Source: Macrostomum lignano (taxonomy: Eukaryota). From it: a stretch of DNA of 64,000 nucleotides. The number at the start of each line of letters is the position of its first letter. Position 1 is the first letter of the stretch. This document shows, one piece after another, positions 59,846 to 64,000 of this stretch. Both the position numbers and the translations under genes were made by a program. Location of the stretch: the NCBI GenBank assembly GCA_002269645.1, contig NIVC01003731.1:1-64000 (forward strand), read 5' to 3'. A model generated the notes under the pieces. It was not told the origin of the DNA. It searched no databases and saw nothing but the letters and a program-made list of their open reading frames with translations.

Positions 59846-60534
59846 GGAGCCCACTAATGTAACATTTTTGCTATCTTCAAACCAGAAAGACGGAGAGTTG
59901 ACTGCCGCTTTAATTCAACAACATCCATCAACTTGACCCCATATTGGCTAGCATCTTTATCCAACTCTTTCAAACAAGCAGCCCGAATTTATATCCCTTG
60001 TCAGTCTCCCAGGCTTTTTAAGTCTATACGATTTGGGATTTCTCAATCCTAATTACAAACGTCGCTTTGTATTAGTTCCTCTGTGCACTTTCTCCCCTTG
60101 CGTGTCCCTAAATGCTGTACCCATATTGCCATTGAATATCAAAGAGCGACTGAACGTTAAGATGCTCCTTGGCGCTGCCTGTCTGCCTGTCTGTCTGTCT
60201 GCTCCGCTCCGCTTTTTTACTTGATAATTTTGCCCCCCTCCACAGTTTGGTAATCGGAAACCACGCACCGGGGAAGAGGTAGGCGTTGGGATTCTCTCTT
60301 ATCTATCTATCCTTTACGCTAGGCGGCCGATATTGATTCCGATCTGCGTCTTTTAGCTCCCGGATCCCCTTCTCTTGCCGCATTTCTGCATCAGTATTCA
60401 TCTCTCTTATCAGCCGCCCACTCAGTTTCATAGCTTCTAGATTAAGAAGCCGATTTCCTTTATTAAATCTATTGACTGAATTGCTGAGGGACTTTGTATC
60501 ATACTCTAGTATCTTGTCCCTGGTCCTTTCTACA

Positions 60535-61075
60535 CTGCCCTGTCTACCCTACCCTATCTACCAGTACCCTATCTACCCTACCCTATCTACCCTACCCTAT
60601 CTACCCTACCCTATCTACCCTACCCTATCTACCCTACCCTATCTACCAGTACCCTATCTACCCTACCTTATCTAAAAAATACCCTATCTACCCTACCTTA
60701 TCTACCAAATATCCTATCTACCCTACCTTATCTACCAAATACCCTTATCTACCCTACCCTATCTACCAGTACCCTATCTACCCTACCCTATCTACCAAAT
60801 ACCCTTATCTACCCTACCCTATCTACCAGTACCCTATCTACCCTACCTTATCTACCAAATACCCTTATCTACCCTACCCTATCTACCAGTACCCTATCTA
60901 CCCTACCCTATCTACCAGTACCCTATCTACCCTACCCTATCTACCAGTACCCTATCTACCCTACCTTATCTAACAAATACCCTATCTACCCTACCTTATC
61001 TAACAAATATCCTATCTACCCTACCTTATCTACCAAATACCCTATCTACCAGTACCCTATCTATCAATACCTAAT
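60535..61075. repeat. Minisatellite of 14-16-bp related units (CTATCTACCCTACC / CTATCTACCAGTACC / TTATCTACCAAATACC)
   Basis: Direct reading. Confidence 0.92.
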
Positions 61076-61270
61076 CTATTGTTACCTATCCACTCTACAT
61101 TATCTGCCCTACCTTATTTTTCCATAACCCTACCGATACCCATAGGGTCATTTTGAGTAGGCCTCACTAAACCCAACAACTGGTTTCCAGCTCGTACTAA
61201 TTAAGATTGTATTATGAGCAATGAATAGCTAGCTATCAATCATCCTGACCATCTTCTTTGCCCACCGCAG

Positions 61271-61381
61271 GCGATCTGATAATTGCCCAGGCCCTCCCCC
61301 AGGACGACGGCAAATACGCGTGCATCGCCAGAAACGTTCATGGCTCTGCAGAGTCCGCCGATGCTCAACTTTACGTTCGAG
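61271..61381 (+). CDS. Lar: LAR-type RPTP, C-terminal half of Ig2 (GDLIIAQALPQDDGKYACIARNVHGSAESADAQLYVR)
   Basis: Matches LAR-family GALQI...DQGKYECVATN.AG..YS..ANLYVR. Acceptor cttctttgcccaccgcAG, donor G|GTGAGA. 111 nt, phase 1-1, in frame with 50276-50452. Confidence 0.95.
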
Positions 61382-61825
61382 GTGAGACCAAAATCAAATC
61401 CGGTTTGTTTATCTAGATCTAGAATTTTGCTAATAGGCTATTTTTTAAAGTCCTTGTTAACAGTTAATTCGTTTTGTGACACATTGAGTTCAAATTTTGG
61501 CACATCTTTTACACAAAATTGAATCAAAATCTAGTAAGTTTTTTTATAGATTTTAATACTATGATCTTAGCATTGATTGACAACTTGCGCTGAGCGTCTT
61601 ATTTTGCTTATTTTTGTGTTCTTTCAATCAGTTTAATGTGCTCGCCTACATGTTTTGGTTCTGTGTGGTCTTTTCGTGTCTGTCTGCGCAGAAATTAGTG
61701 CAAATTTTGTTATAAAAATTCGGGGAAACCTGCAACCTTAATAGCCAATACAGCAGCCCCTCTCCCTGGGGTTGCTTCACAGACTAGACTTTTCATAATG
61801 CAGAAAATTTAGAAAACATTCTAGC

Positions 61826-63414
61826 TTCTAGTGTCTAGTTTGTGAAGTGTCTAGTTGGTGAAATGTCTTGTTTGTGAAATGTCTAGTTTGTGAAATGTCT
61901 AGCTTGTGAAATATCTAGTTTGTGAAATGTCTAGCTTGTGAAATATCTAGTTTGTGAAATGACTAGTTTGTGAAATTTCTAGTTTGTGAATAGTCTAGTT
62001 TGTGAAATGTCTAGTTTGTGAATAGTCTAGTTTGTGAATTGTCTAGTTTGAGAATTGTCTAGTTTGTGAAATATCAAGTTTGTGAAATGTCTAGTTTGTG
62101 AAGTGTCTAGTTTGTGAATAGTCTAGTTGGTGAAATGACTAGTTTGTGAAATGTCTAGTTTGAGAATTGTCTAGTTTGTGAAGTGTCTAGTTGGTTAAGT
62201 ATCTAGTTTGTGAAATATCTAGTTTGTGAAATGTCTAGTTGGTGAAGTGTCTAGTTTGTGAATAGTCTAGTTGGTGAAGTGTCTAGTTTGAGAATTGTCT
62301 AGTTTGTGAATTGTCTAGTTTGAGAATTGTCTAGTTTGTGAAATGTCTAGTTAGTGAAGTGTCTAGTTTGTGAATAGTCTAGTTGGTGAAGTGTCTAGTT
62401 TGAGAATTGTCTAGTTTGTGAATTGTCTAGTTTGTGAAGTGTCTAGTTTGTGAAGTGTCTAGTTTGAGAATTGTCTAGTTTGAGAATTGTCTAGTTTGTG
62501 AAGTATCTAGTTTGTGAAATGTCTAGTTTGTGAAATGTCTAGTTTGTGAAGTGTTTAGTTTGTGAATAGTCTAGTTGGTGAAGTATCTAGTTTGTGAAAT
62601 GTCTAGTTGGTGAAGTGTTTAGTTTGTGAATAGTCTAGTTGGTGAAGTATCTAGTTTGTGAAATGTCTAGTTGGTGAAGTGTTTAGTTTGTGAATAGTCT
62701 AGTTGGTGAAGTATCTAGTTTGTGAAATGTCTAGTTTGTGAAATGTCTAGTTTGTGAAATGTCTAGTTTGTGAAATGTCTAGTTTGTGAAATGTCTAGTT
62801 TGTGAAATGTCTAGTTTGTGAAATGTCTAGTTTGTGAAATGTCTAGTTTGTGAAATGTCTAGTTTGTGAAATGTCTAGTTTGTGAAATGTCTAGTTTGTG
62901 AAATGTCTAGTTTGTGAAATGTCTAGTTTGTGAAATGTCTAGTTTGTGAATAGTCTAGTTTGTGAAATGTCTAGTTTGTGAAATGTCTAGTTTGTGAAAT
63001 GTCTAGTTTGTGAAATGTCTAGTTGGTGAAATGTCTAGTTTGAGAATTGTCTAGTTGGTGAAGTGTCTAGTTTGTGAAGTGTCTAGTTTGTGAAATATCT
63101 AGTTTGTGAAGTGTCTAGTTTGTGAATAGTCTAGTTGGTGAAATGACTAGTTTGTGAAATGTCTAGTTTGAGAAGTGTCTAGTTTGTGAAGTGTCTAGTT
63201 TGAGAATTGTCTAGTTTGTGAAGTGTCTAGTTTGAGAATTGTCTAGTTTGTGAAGTGTCTAGTTTGAGAATTGTCTAGTTTGTGAAGTGTCTAGTTTGTG
63301 AAGTGTCTAGTTTGTGAATTGTCTAGTTTGAGAATTGTCTAGTTTGTGAAGTGTCTAGTTTGTGAAGTGTCTAGTTTGTGAAATATCTAGTTTGGGAATA
63401 GTCTAGTTTGTGAA
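61826..63414. repeat. 16-bp satellite (GTCTAGTTTGTGAAAT), about 99 copies, homogeneous core at about 62720-63020
   Basis: Direct reading. Confidence 0.97.
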
Positions 63415-64000
63415 GGCGCGTATTTTACAAAGAAAATCGTGACACCCTCCTTCCCCGTTCGATTATGATGTGTTCGTTGTAACGTTACTTTTTGTTATTT
63501 ATACATTAGCTTATATAACTTTGTTCCTACTACGACAATGCGCAGATGATGTAGCACTGGCGTTGGAATGGTTACTAAGGAATGGCGGTAATTATCATTG
63601 ACCTCTGCATCGATACGAATGTGTATGTTTTGTGTGTCTGCTTGTGGTTTTCTAAAAGTGTTTTTTGGCGCACCCCTTACCGCGTCGCATGAATAGTCTT
63701 TGTGTGTGGTCATTGTGTGGTCATTGAGTGGTCATTCACCGGATGCTCCGCGCGGGGATGCATAGCTGCTCACAGCTCTGAGCTGGAGTGGCCAATTGAC
63801 ACATCGGAAGTGAGCCCTGGGTCTCTGGGGATCTCTGGCTGGGGCTTGACTTAAGCTTTATCTCAGGTAGATTTGTTTAGAATTTATGCCAAGTGTGGAA
63901 ATTACGAACTATGAAAGCTTATAGCATGGCGTGTGGTTTCTAGCTATTAAATAAAAATTATTTTGTATTCTTCAAAATTTTCCTTCTAGTGCAAGCTTTT

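Overview
Eukaryotic (metazoan) genomic DNA. About one third of the window is tandem repeat, in roughly 28 micro- and minisatellite arrays, and tRNA-derived SINEs are scattered through it. This architecture resembles Macrostomum-type flatworm genomes (inference, not verified). The one clearly identifiable gene is the 5' part of a LAR-type (type IIa) receptor protein tyrosine phosphatase on the + strand. Its Ig1 exon is at 48371-48676 and its Ig2 domain is split across 50276-50452 and 61271-61381. All introns are phase 1, and the gene continues past the window end. Nearly all long ORFs in the supplied track are translations of tandem repeats, not genes. The most interesting signals concern how this gene may be diversified: two frame-compatible signal-peptide first exons 16 kb apart (one behind a TATA box, one behind a perfect RFX X-box); a 10.8-kb intron at the position of the vertebrate mini-exon A, holding an in-frame 15-nt microexon candidate (DANFT), an array of about 27 GTGAGT splice-donor motifs and its inverted copy; and a 110-nt perfect inverted match between two minisatellites bracketing exons 1b and 2. 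Outside the gene there is a run of five adjacent palindromes at 14.8-14.9 kb and several satellites with higher-order structure. All splicing models beyond the three Ig exons are hypotheses from sequence alone.
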